Source of the DNA: Podarcis filfolensis
Taxonomy: Eukaryota
NCBI GenBank assembly: GCA_964270895.1
Contig: OZ185450.1
Length of the DNA stretch: 64,000 nucleotides
Strand: one strand, 5' to 3'
This document shows, piece after piece, positions 26,680 to 38,794 of this stretch. The stretch's first letter is position 1. The number at the start of each line of letters is the position of its first letter. Under the pieces are notes generated by a model, which saw only the letters and a program-made list of their open reading frames with translations, made no database searches and was not told the origin of the DNA. The position numbers and the translations under genes were made by a program.

Positions 26680-26865
26680 TAAACGAGGGGTGAGCAGTGA
26701 GGTTGCCAAGTTGATTGATGGTTCTGACTTCTCTGGGGTGATTAAAATGGGGGAAAAAAAGGATTGTGAAGATCTCCAAAAGTATACCTCCAAACTTAGG
26801 GAATATGTGGGCAAGTGGAAAATGAAATTCAATGTACATAAGTATAAATATATGCATGTCAGTGT
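26680..26865 (+). pseudogene. Decayed CR1 LINE reverse-transcriptase fragment
   Basis: Translation SSEVAKLIDGSDFSGVIK...DCEDLQKYTSKLREYVGKWKMKFNVHKYKYMH parallels the CR1 RT pattern AKFADDTKL...DCEELQ.DL..L..W...WQM.FNV.KCKVMH. The catalytic FADD motif has degenerated. Confidence 0.75.
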
Positions 26866-26938
26866 ATACATTCATCTGCCATGCAAGTTCTGTTTTGGCT
26901 TGTGAGAAAATGTATGTGTAAATTATATATGTCATATA

Positions 26939-27280
26939 GGGACTTGGGTGGCACTGTGGGTTAAACCACAGAGCCTAGGACTTGCTGATGAGAAGGTCGG
27001 CGGTTCGAATCCCCGCAACGGGGTGAGCTCCCGTTGCTTGGTCCCTGCTCCTGCCAACCTAGCAGTTCAAAAGCACGTCAAAGTGCAAGTAGATAAATAG
27101 GTACCGCTCTGGCGGGAAGGTAAACGGCGTTTCCGTGCGCTGTTCTGGTTCGCCAGAAGCGGCTTAGTCATGCTGGCCACATGACCCGGAAGCTGTATGC
27201 CGGCTCCCTCGGCCAATAAAGCGAGATGAGCGCCGCAACCCTAGAATCGGCCACGACTGGGCCTAATGGTCAGGGGTCCT
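26939..27280 (+). mobile_element. Full-length Sauria-type SINE with perfect 16-bp TSD
   Basis: TSD TTATATATGTCATATA at 26923-26938 and 27281-27296. B-box GGTTCGAATCCC. Body matches the copy at 20317. Confidence 0.95.
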
Positions 27281-28276
27281 TTATATATGTCATATAAATG
27301 CCAAGAATTACATAAGTTGATGGTCATGCCATCCCCTCCCCCCGCAAGTGTGCTCTTCCTTCTCATATCTGTTTATTGTAGGCCTGCGGACTTCTGCCTA
27401 TAAATGCATAACTGCACATAAATAAGATTAGTGACAGGTGCTAATGGGTTTCCTGGAGTTTGTGATTCATGTCCGTTTGGGAAATTGCGTTGTGCTCTTC
27501 TTGTGGAGGGTGGTGGGATATCTTGGATGGGCAATTTACTGCCCCAATACTGGAATATATCCTGCTGCTGATGTGACATTCTATTGATGTCCCCGAATTA
27601 ATTTCCCCCTCTACCAACACGATGACTCTTTGATTCTGCTCTGCATGGCTAATCCAATAATGAAGCTCTTATTTGCAGTTCTACTGCAAAATTCACCTGT
27701 TCTTAATTCCACACCTATCTCATGATTCATACTATTTATTGCACTTTATGCTCCCTTGCTTTGATTAATTTGGTACTTAGCTTATCATAAGAAAGCTAAA
27801 GAATGAAATGCTGATCGTTACTCAGGGATGAAAAGGACATCACAGTATGCTTTAGACTTTCATCAGTGAAATACGCTCTCCTAACACATCAAAAATTGGG
27901 ACAATGAAAGATATGAAATTACTGAGCTTGTATGTTTGTTAACAACATGTATAAATTAAAGAGCCCAGAAAGAACGAGATGGTGCATGGTGTCCTTTTTC
28001 ACATCCGGAGGACAACCACCTAATTATGCAGATAAGAGCGCTGAATGTGGATGCTGCTGATGGATTCTGCAATGGGGGCATCTCACTTTAGCTCACTGGC
28101 TTATCTGATGAAAAGGGAGACTCAAGACAGATTGGAAGACACCCGTAATTAATTTATTTCTCTCTGTCAGGGGTGTTTTATCTTGCAAACAGAATTAGCA
28201 TATTGATTTTGATTCATTGCTCTACACGAATCCTTTTGTAAATAAACAAAACATTGTGCATCACTTTCATCTGCAG

Positions 28277-28590
28277 TAGGGCTGGGCAATATCAGCTTTT
28301 CAACACTGTGGTATACCACCAGCCAAATATCACGGTCTGGCGATATACTGCGATGTTGAAAAAACAAGCTGCGTTGGCCTCAGCCTGCGAGGCGCTGGGT
28401 GAAATTGCCTCAGTTCTCAGAGCTGGAGCTGAGGCGGTTTCACCCCAGCACCTAGCGGGCTGGGTCAAGGCAGCTTGTTGGTAAGGACGAACGAGGAGGC
28501 CAGGGGGAATCCTTGATGCGGCTCTGCCAGGGATGAGGAGGGCTCCTGATCCCCTGCAATCACTGCCACCATATGTAGTGAGGCCCACTA
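28277..28590. mobile_element. Partial hAT-type non-autonomous element (left end)
   Basis: Begins TAGGGCTGGGCAATAT, matching the left TIR of the element at 62548, and shares GCGATATA/ATACTGCGAT subterminal motifs. No right TIR found, so the end coordinate is approximate. Confidence 0.55.
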
Positions 28591-28651
28591 GCGTTGGCTG
28601 CCAGGGAATTAGACGGATTCATGAGATGTGATGGCTAATGGAACCTACATA

Positions 28652-28893
28652 CAGTGGTACCTCGGGTTACATACACTTCAGGTTACAGATGCTTCAGGTT
28701 ACAGACTCCGCTAACCCAGAAATATTACCTTGGGTTAAGAACTTTGTTTCAGGATGAGAACAGAAATCATGCTCCGGCGGCGTGGCAGCAGCGGGAGGCC
28801 CCATTAGCTAAAGTGGTGCTTCAGGTTAAGAACAGTTTCAGGTTAAGAACTGACCTCCAGAACGAATTAAGTTCTTAACCCGAGGTACCACTG
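28652..28893. mobile_element. 242-bp pogo/Tigger-like MITE, copy 3 (opposite orientation to copies 1 and 2)
   Basis: Same TIR, TA TSD. Confidence 0.92.
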
Positions 28894-29419
28894 TATTCAG
28901 AGTCTGTTACAATGCTGTTTTTGGATGAAACAGTTGAAGAGGACTGGTGTCTTCATGCTCAGCTTGTGGGCTTCCTGGAAATAGGATGCCAAGGTAGATG
29001 GACCTTTGACCTGAAACGAGAGCTGTTCTTTTGTTCTTAGGGCAAAGAGGGATTCTCCAACTCAGCTAGGTTTTTTCCACATGGACTAGTGCTTTTTTCA
29101 ACACAGACTGAAAACTACCAGTTGCCTACTTGTATATATGAGCCTTCGTATACCCATGGACTGATACTCTTATGTTGTGAAATGTCCATCAGTATTCTAA
29201 CTGTTCAGTGGGCAGCTGCAGTCAACAGTGCTGCTTCTGTTAGGGAAATGAGTGATCACTTTGATCAAAGCCTCATACTAGGACAGGAGGGTGATTGTGC
29301 TGCTGTCAGGGAAACAGGGCAGAACTATTTTAGGAGTTAGGGAGTTGTTGGCTAAGGAGTCTATGAGATAGCAAGATACACAAGGTCTTGGTAGCAGTGG
29401 ATGCCCTGAATGTCCAATG

Positions 29420-29660
29420 TTTATTATTTATTAAATTTGTAAGCTGCCCTTTGTGTGGTTCACAGCATAAAAATGCAAAATAAGAAGACAAAACACATAA
29501 TAAAACAAAAGCCAGAACAAACCATTTTAACACCCCCCCATTTAAAAGGCTCTAGAATGTAAATCAGCCAAAGGCCTAGTTATAAAGAAATGTTTTTGCC
29601 TGGTGCCTAAAGATATGTAATGAAGGCCCACCTGGGGAGAACATTTCACAAACAGAGAGT
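29420..29660 (-). mobile_element. Decayed L2-like LINE 3' region
   Basis: (TTA)-type tail TTATTATTTATTAAATTT followed by TGTTTTTGCCTGGTGCCTAAAGA...CTGGGGAGAACATTTCACA, recalled as lizard L2 3' sequence. Not verified by alignment. Confidence 0.45.
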
Positions 29661-30864
29661 TATCTTAGCCTCACCTTGTAATTCAAATTACACAGCCAGA
29701 TGTTTGCCTAAAGAAGTTTGGTTATAATTTTGAATCTTCAGGCTCCAGGAAGAATGCTTGGGCCTCTGAAAGAACCTCTGACAATAGCACAGAACATGAC
29801 AGGAGGTTAGAAAAACTTTCCACTCTTCCAGATTCTCATCCCGGCAACTGATTTGCTGGTCAGCTGTCTGACCAAAATAATTCGTTTTATGCTAATGCAA
29901 TGCCGTTGGAAGAGGTGCTCAGAATCGTCCCTGCAGTTTGCTTGTTGGGGTGGGGTGGGGGTAGGGGGAGAGAACTACCACACAACCCATCAAATCATGC
30001 AGTAGATTAGATTCAGCAGTGGAAGGATTCCCTACTTGAGTAAATCTAATATGAGAAATTATTCCATTGTGGTTTTTTGTCATTTGGCTAGGCAATTTCT
30101 TTCATTTCTGCACAATTTTTTAGGGTCTGCAAGACCTTTCTTGTTTTTATCCTAGAACAAATTTACATTCGGGTTAATGTAACACAGTGGTTTTAGGATG
30201 ACTGCTTCACTGGGGAAAATTGGTACTTACTTCTTCTTTTTAGGGGGTGTCAGTTGTGTCCTTTGGATTTTAGCCATAAGAAACTATTGGTGAAGTGTGC
30301 CACAAGTTTTAGTAGCTGAATGGGAAGACATCAAGATGTGGATTGTAAAAGAAGTTTTTTGTTTTTTTAAAATCTTCTAAACTAAGCACCGTTTATTTTT
30401 AGCTTCTGCCACTTTGTGCCTTCCTCAGCAGGATCAGAAAGCAATTTAATCACAGTTATTAACCCTAATAAATGCTTTGCAGAGCAATCGGAGAGAGGAA
30501 CTATTCTCATCATCAACTTTTCCTCCTCCCTCTTTGAAAAATGAGGCCATTAACTTGCTGTTGTATATATTGGGAGCAGCATCAGAAAAGTATCCTTTCC
30601 CGGCCATTCACGACTAGATAGTTGTTGAAATTCATTGAGTTTCTGAAATCTACCTGTAGATTTCAATCACCCTGGTGATTGGCATGGGAATGTGTGTGGC
30701 TCAGACCTTGGAACCCTCTTCAGATATAGAAGGGAAAAGGGCGGGGTGTGTGATATTGGCTCCCATGATTGTCAGAATGTAGAGACCCTAGGCTTGATAG
30801 AGAGATGCTAAGGATGCCCGGCCTTCTGGCCTTCCTTGGTTAACACAGCAGAGTCTCCTGGATT

Positions 30865-30921
30865 GGCTGGGGAAACCCAGCCAGATGGGCGGAGTATAAA
30901 TAATAATAATAATTATTATTA
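30865..30921 (+). mobile_element. 57-bp 3'-end retro-insertion with 9-bp TSD
   Basis: GGCTGGGGAAACCCAGCCAGATGGGCGGAGTATAAA plus an (AAT)/(ATT) tail, flanked by TCCTGGATT at 30856-30864 and 30922-30930. Confidence 0.8.
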
Positions 30922-33900
30922 TCCTGGATTCCAACCTCTGCCGCAAGCCTGGTTTTCCTGCTTCAATTTCAGCATTGGGCAGTTAGGGAGTTAGAGTCTT
31001 GCAGTCCATCTTGCTGAAACCCTTAAGGCGCGCAGTGGATATTTGTAATGAACAGGAATAATTTTGTGTTGCTGTTCCCCACACGAGGAAGTAGTACATA
31101 CTTTCCAACCACTTAAGAATGCGGCCCTCCAGAGGGACTCCAATTCCCACCCATCAACTCTGACCATTGGCCACTATTGCAGACGCTGGTGCAAACAGCA
31201 GTCTAGCAGCATCTTGGCGGCCACCTCTGAGTTAGATCTTTGCAGCCAGACCATTCTGAAGTCTAAACAATAGAATAATTACATTCTTAAGTGCTTGATT
31301 TCTTCCAGCTGGAAGTTGGCAGGTGCTAGTGTGGAAAATGACATCATTCAGGAGAACTGAGCTATAGCCCCATTCAGACTTTCTCCATGTTTACACTGAA
31401 TGCGTGGAGAAGTTGGGACAGGCAGTGTTCGTGCTGGCTTTGCCCCAATCTCAATGCATTGAGCCAAATTTATGAAAAGGAGCTACATGCAATTGGAAAG
31501 TTTTAGTCCTGCTTCCTCCTCTAAAAGTTGGCTTTTCTGAGTACCCTTTATTGCTGTGCATGGTTATAGACACTTACACCTTCACGGAGAATAAATCTCT
31601 GATAGTCAGAGACAGAGTGGCACAATTACAGATGTTGGGATGGGTGGAGGTTAAAATAGGCTGTTGCCTACATGTCTTGCTTTGCGGCTTCCTGGAAACA
31701 TATGTCTGGACACTGGGAACTGGGATACTGCATTAGATGAACCTTTGATCTGATCCAGCATGATAACTCGTACGTTTCTGAGGTAGCATAAGCACAAGTC
31801 ATTCTGAACTTAGGCACAGGTGTGCCCATAGCTTCAGCTTGGCCCTGGCAGAATCCTGACTAGCCTCTGCTATTCTCTCTACAGCTGTGATTGTGCTATA
31901 TTGAGATGAACTGGCCTGTGATGCAAGGTAATGAAAGAAAGAAAAACAGGCAGGTGGGGTTTGAGATAACTCATCTTCAGTGTCAGGCACAGAACACAGT
32001 GATCACTTTGTGCCTTGTACACCTGCATGGGTGTTCCTGGCAAGTAACCTGAGGAGGTGGATTGTATTCTGCATATGGAATATATAATAGACCACCATAT
32101 AAGCCAGGGAAGGGGGCAAATTCCAGGCCTCTATCCACATGCCCTCCCCAAACTATAGCCTGCACCGCCACTTTGGCACTATCCTCAAATTCTTCTGTCT
32201 GGATACAGTGCAGCCTTGAACTGGGATAATATCTCCTGCATGCCTGGATGGAGGTATGTAAATATAAAAACCACTCACTTTTCCGTGGCTGGAATGCAGT
32301 CTTCTGTACAAAGATAAGAGTCACATCTGCTGCTGTAATCACTTTTTCCTCTGGTCCCACACACCAGCAGCCCCCAGAAAGCTTTTTAGGAGGTAATGCA
32401 GCTGCTAGGCTGAAAAAAAATCTCCACCTATCATACAAACAACCTGTTTGATGTCTGAAAGTTCTTGGACAATTACATTATAATTTTTTTTGGGGGGGGG
32501 TGATCAAGGACAATAAATTATTTCATCAACAGTTACTATTTCAATTGTGATGTTTTGAGCAATTAAGGCTCAGAAGAAAATACTTTGAAAAATGAAAAAC
32601 GCTTTATGTAACAGAATTTCAGTCCAAAGGATAGGGCTTATGTTGATGATAAGCCAAAACCTACAAAATGCATAATGAATGAATATTGATGATTATGAGA
32701 TCCAGTTAATTTAAGCAGACCAATAAGATTTCCTGTCACATTGTAGACTTTCTTGGAATTGTTTGTGCCTGAGGTTTATTGGTGTGATGCCAGTGTAAGT
32801 ATTTCTTGATTTCACTCCAACTAAAGACAGTGAAACTATCCTAAGTCATATTTTTTTAGTTGGAAGGGTGGGAAGTGGCCTTCATTGCAACTTGCGGTGA
32901 ATGCCAGATCAGGAAATCTACACAGGTGGCTACCCGCGTGGGAGGGCATTGGGCTGAAAATGGTGGAGCCTTAAGGGGGCTGGTACCCCTTTTCCTGGTT
33001 TAGAGCTTGGGAGGGAGGGAGGGTTGGAGTCTCAAACTTGTTGGCTGTTCTCCACCCCCACATCAACTCCACCGAAGAATAATAATCAGTTGAAGTAAAA
33101 TTCATCTGTCATCTTTTATGGATGGGCTCCTCGTAACCTGCTATCAGCTTGGTATTTTTCATCAGCGGGCGGCAAGGTTGCTGATTGATCTGGTTGCGAG
33201 CCAGAGAATGCTTTGAAAGAGAACATTTTTATATAAAAGCATTTGAATAAACCATTTTGGGGGAGTGAAGTAGTGATATTACGTGAGGGTGTCATGGGTG
33301 GAAAATAGCACATTGTTGAAATAAACATTGAACAAAGTGAGATCATGTTCTCTGGAACGTACATTGCCAAGGTCAAGTAAAAATAGTTTCAACGTATTCT
33401 GCAGTTGGGCGAGCTGCTGTTCTGCTCAGCGGTCCTGTAGAAAGCACCCCTGTCTCCTGTACGCAGCTTGCAAGACTCAAAATGGGGTGAGGCTTGAAAC
33501 ACCATTGTCCTTCCTGTTTCTAGATGGTCTCCAGCCCACTGAGGCATCAGCCGACATGGGGGCTAGATTGCAGGAGATCCTTTACTGGACAGTTCATACT
33601 TAAAGTACTCAATACTTCTATGCTCTTTCACTTTCTGTGTCGGAGTGAAGTCAGTGCTAGCTGCTGACAGAGTAAATAGGCCTTACCTGTGCTGAGGCTG
33701 AAGTTATTAAAGTTACAAGCTTCATCAACTTGTTTGGTGAAACCACAAAGAGCTGAAGAGATGTTTGCAAGGTCATCATCATACAAGTGCAGCTGTGAGA
33801 AGAGAAGACATGTTCTCTCTGTTTGAGATTAATCCCTACTGGATTCCTGGCAATCCACCGTCTCTTCTGCCACAGGGCCATATGGCTGATGCGAGCCACG

Positions 33901-35660
33901 TAGATTGATGAAGATGAAGATGCAGGGCGAGTTTGAATTTTTGCACAGATGTTGCTAGGCCCCAGTAGGATTGTGGGTATTGCAGTTGGTAAGACTTACA
34001 GAGTCCTCTATGGCCAAACCTGCTCCACCACAGTTAAGTGAAATTCCAAGAGGGAGTCTAAGTAGCTTTTTCAGGGTTCCACCAGAAAGATAAGGCAGAG
34101 CCATTTTTCTTCATTCATGCATATGCCACACTCGCCCATTAAGCAGGTCTTTCCCTCTAATTTTTGCAACATGATCAGATTATCTGAAACATAACCCCCT
34201 CCTCCAGCATATCTCTATTCTGCATCTCCCCAGTATGGCTTATTTCCAGTATCTCAGAGTGTGGGTCATGAGAAGGAATGGACAGATTAGACTGTTTCCA
34301 TTTCTTGTTAGTTTTACGTATGCTCAATCATAAGTCTCTTCTGTCCCATTTTCTGCAGATTTTTTTTTAAGTTTGGAGGAGTGAAAATCACGTTTAAACG
34401 GTACTCATTTATAGACATTGTCCCCACAAAATTTGCATTTTTGTGTAAAATTCTCATTTTCGTATGCATTTTTGAATCAAAAGTGCATCACAAAATCCAC
34501 AGAAGTGGGAAGTTCAATTTGTAAAATACGTTTACAGCTGTGTATAAATCTGGAAACTGCAAATTAAAATGCTTTGCTTTAAAACATTGTCCAGTGAAAT
34601 TTTATTTCATCCCTAGTCATGATAGTACTTGAGATCTCTTCAGCTGGAAGGAGAGGCTGGGGATTTAATTTCTGCATTCAGAACATATGCTTTATCCAGT
34701 GGGCTGTTGGCCCTCACTGAAGTCTTTGCTTTCTGACTCAGGGGATAGAAGCAGCAGCAGACTGCTTCTAAACAGAGCCGGTTGTTGCCCCTTAGGAAAA
34801 AAAAAAGTTTTCCAATTCTCATCTTCCCATGCTTTTACCATGCTTTTACCATAAAAATGGTGTGGTCTTGAGATTCTGGTACCTTTTCAATGTCTGTTTA
34901 AAATTCTGGGCCAAGCAATTTCCTCAAACCACTCTTCATTTTGTAGCCTCTCTGCTGAAAGAGCAGTTCCCTCTTGATTTTAATAATCCATAAGTGGGCT
35001 CTTCCTTTGGTAGCTTTTGAGATACAGAAAAGCTTAAACATTTTCTTCCCCTGTCTCTCTCTTTTCCTTTCCTTTGGTACTTGATTCTTAAGCTACGAAT
35101 TTTGGATAAACAGCTCATGTAGTGATAGCGAGAAGAATTTCTTCCACCTGTCTCCACTGCAGCCCCTTGTGTTATTACGCCATTTCCCTTGCAATACTGT
35201 AATAATATCAATTTGCTATTGTAATTAATAGATTTTTTCTTTTTTAAAAAAAGGATTTAAATGCCCTTTCTTGCCTAGTTGAAGCAAGAATATGGCTAAT
35301 TCTGCTTTGATACCATTCGGTGCTCCAGTAAGGGCATTAAGATCTCAGAAGTACATCAACATTTTGCACCCATATCTAAGATATTTTGGTGAAATGGATG
35401 AAGGAGATGTATTGATTCAGGACTGAGGTGAACTGGTGGGAATGTGTGTCATTACCTTTAAATTAAGCAGGACTAACAGCTAAGCTTAGGACTTGTAACT
35501 TGTGAGTGAGGCTCTTTATATCAGAGTGAATCAAGAGAGCTCTACATTGATTGTTGTATTGTACTATTCTTGAGGATCCTCGGAAGTGTGAAAGCACTGT
35601 GCATTTGGGCTATGGAATGTGAATTTACAGGCACGTTACACACATCTATACGTAATAACT

Positions 35661-35797
35661 TAGCCAGTAGAGCTTGAGACTCTTAATCTCAGGGTTGTGG
35701 GTTTGATCCCCGTATGGGAAAGCTGAATATTCCTGCATTGCAGGGGGTTGGACTAAATGACCCTTGTGGAGCCTTCCAACTCTACAATTCTATGATT
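35661..35797 (+). mobile_element. tRNA-Lys(CTT)-derived SINE with a CR1-like 3' tail
   Basis: Head GTAGAGCTTGAGACTCTTAATCTCAGGGTTGTGGGTTTGATCCCC closely follows vertebrate tRNA-Lys-CTT but the acceptor stem is broken. Tail GGTTGGACTAAATGACCCTT...CCTTCCAACTCTACAATTCTATGATT is a CR1-type 3' end. Confidence 0.8.
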
Positions 35798-38058
35798 GTA
35801 ATAAGTCAATGCATCACGTTTGTTGCATGCATTTTTCTTCTTTGATGCAGCCTTGTAGTCTTTAAGCGCACTGAAATCATCAGCACTTGCCACTTTTCCA
35901 AAAAATTGTGTCCAGAGTTGCTCATAACATATAAAACGTGGGGCTGCCCTTGAAGACAGCTCAGAAACTTCAACTGATTCAAAATAATGAGGCCTGATTC
36001 CTAGGTGAAGTGCCATTTGTAACTGAAACAAACCCTGTTCTATAATAGCTACACTGATTGCCACATTTTATTTTTACATCATTTAAACAACTTAGGTCCC
36101 AAATATGTGAGAGACCGCTTCCTTTCCTATAGACGTTCATGAGTGTTAAGATCAGCAGAGGAGACCCTCTTGCTAATTTCACCACCCTCAGAGGTGTGGG
36201 GAATTAAAAAAAAACCTTTCTGATTTTTTTCTAATAGGTTTTATTTGTTTTTATATTTGTTTTTATAATTGTGTATCATATTGCCATAATCTGTTTATGG
36301 TAAATGGTGCATAAGGAAACTTCTAACTCAATTAAGTGAATAATAAGTATAACAATTCAGTTACCAAATCATGGACATTTGCCTGGTATCACTCTTGCAC
36401 TTGATGTGAGAAAATATAAGGCTAAGAAGATGTTAGAGTTCTTAAGAGTCCCGCAAGACTAGAGACATTTTTCATTGACTGAATTGGAATCTGGTTTTTT
36501 ATCAGTCCTTGTAGGTCACTTAATCATCAATTTCTTTAATTTTTTAAAAAATCCAACCCATAATTATTCTATCAAAATAATGTTGAACCTCTTTCTCTGA
36601 CCCATTAACATTATAGATTGCATACGGGCTATTACTTTATGAAACTGAGTGCCCGGGAATTGAAGATATATGATGTTGGTTATTGGCAGTAAGTTAGAGT
36701 TAACATTCACAGTGACTTTGCAGTGCATAGATTATTACTTATGCTATTACTGACCCATAATAATGGGATGGGGAGCAATACATCTTCTCCAGAGGAGCAG
36801 CTATGCATTCTGGGCCAATAATGTAAGGCAATGTGGTCTGGCAGGAGAAACATTTTATTGGTTTACTATCGTCTGGTGCAAGGATCCTCTACTGTCTCAT
36901 TGGTATACTATAGAGTTTTCACAGCTGGATCAAAGCAAAATTTGTGAAGGAATGAAGCCCAGAAATGAGAGAGGGTTCTGCCTGTTGGACTTTCTTCAGA
37001 ATCAGATTCTGGGTTTTATTTTTGCCTGACTCCCTGCCACTATGTAATCTTCCCCAAATTTAATTGGCTGTGATGGAGGAAGGAAGGGTTTATAGCAGGT
37101 GTATCAGGGCCACAGTTAGGCCCCTGATGCTGTTGTGAGTGTGTGTACCAACATCTAGGTCACCGGGAACAATGGGAAATGTAGTACCCTTGTCTCCCAG
37201 TGCCCCACTTCAACATAGCGGTGTGTTCTTATAGTAGCGTCTAGGAGCCAATGGAAGCACTGCCATGTATGTCCCCTGCTGCCATATCTACGTAAGCTTG
37301 GGAAAGTGTAAAGGGGATGCGGAGGGTGTGGAGGATTCTTGAGGGAGGAGGCCCCCCCCAATCTGTATTGAACCCAATTTGGGATTTGGATTATGTTGCT
37401 GCTGAACATCTAAGGGTTATCCAAAATCTGTCGACAACCCAAAGTATTTTTGGTGCAGACCACAGAGGTTTGCCCATCTTACTCAACGTTCCTTTGGAAG
37501 ATTCTATCTGTGACAGTGTTTATAAAACTGCAACATAAGTAATAATAGTTAAAGGAGAGTTCTTGAAAACTGACTCTTAACAGTGATAGAGATCCCAGCA
37601 TGTAACTGGTGTGAAAAAGCAGTGTTGTCTGTTGTTTATGAAGTTGGTGACAAAGACTAACTTGGGGACCTTTTCATGGTGGGCTTGTTCTGATGCAGTT
37701 GTAGCCTGTGACCCTAGATGTATTGGGGCTCTTATCTCACAGCCCACAGTCATAGGTGCTGGAAGTTGTATTCCCCCACCATTGGGAGGCCAGGTTTCCC
37801 CTTCTTTTCTTTAAGGGAGGGTGAGACTCTGTTGCTGGGGCTGCTTTGTATGTGGTACAGAATCTGCCTCTTTTATGGGGTTCAGAGGGCAGTGAGACTG
37901 CCTTAGCTTCCGGGGTGCGTGTGTGCATTTTCAGAGGGGAGGAATACACAGGAAGGGAGGGAGGATATCGACTTCTGTAAGCTTATTTACTTCGTATTGT
38001 AACATTAACAACAACAACAATTGTTTCAATAAACTTTAAACTTTAAAAAAGGGATGTT

Positions 38059-38245
38059 TGTTTTTTTTAAATATTTTTATTTTTCCATATAAACACAATA
38101 CAACAAACATAAACATACAAAAACAAAAACAAAACAAAAAACATGTATCATTTCATATCCTAATTTCATATCCTATCTTCCCCGACTTCCTCATGCTTCC
38201 CCTTTCTGTATTCCAAATTCTTATCGATTGTTCAGCAAATCTTCT
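38059..38245 (-). terminator. L1-type 3'UTR end with poly(A) signal and short A-tail, antisense to the ORFs
   Basis: The minus strand reads ...GGAAAAATAAAAATATTTAAAAAAAACA into the TSD. AATAAA is at plus-strand 38076-38081 (TTTATT) and A8 at 38061-38068. The junction coordinate is approximate. Confidence 0.75.
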
Positions 38246-38794
38246 GTAGCAAGATCAAAGCGAAAGGCACTCTAGCTGTAACTGCTTGAGAGGAAACTTG
38301 CGGGATTTAAGAAATCCACCACCAAAGCAAAGAACTCCCCCCCCCGAAGGCAGGAGGGGGGGGAAGAAGATTTTAAAAGTGTTTCCCTGCCAATTTAAAA
38401 GAATTGGATTAAGTATCGCTGCTCTTTAACCTGGGATCGGACTGCCGGAGAAAAGGAACCGGCTAAGGACTGTTGCTATAAGAAGTTAAAAAATATCTCA
38501 AATTGACTTTGGTTACTTCCAATTTGAAACACTGTTTCTGTGGTATTACAAAGTTACTTACAGGACACTATTGACTGGGATCCCCTTGAAAAAGGAAAGA
38601 AAAATTGAAAGGGACTAGGAAACTTTTATTCCTTCTTTTTTGAAGAGTGTGGGATTACTTTGAGAAGTATAGAACTGACTCTACGCCCCCTAGAGGACCT
38701 ACAAATTGTTTCAGCAACAAGTGGAGTTTAAAATTTGAGAACTTTGTTTGTGAGTTTCAAAGTCTGGGAATGACCTTGACTAAAAGACTTTGTT

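Noticed and set aside
35661-35730. Possible tRNA-Lys(CTT) gene
   Set aside because: The 5' acceptor and D arms are truncated or mutated and the sequence continues into a CR1-type tail, so it is a SINE head rather than a tRNA gene.
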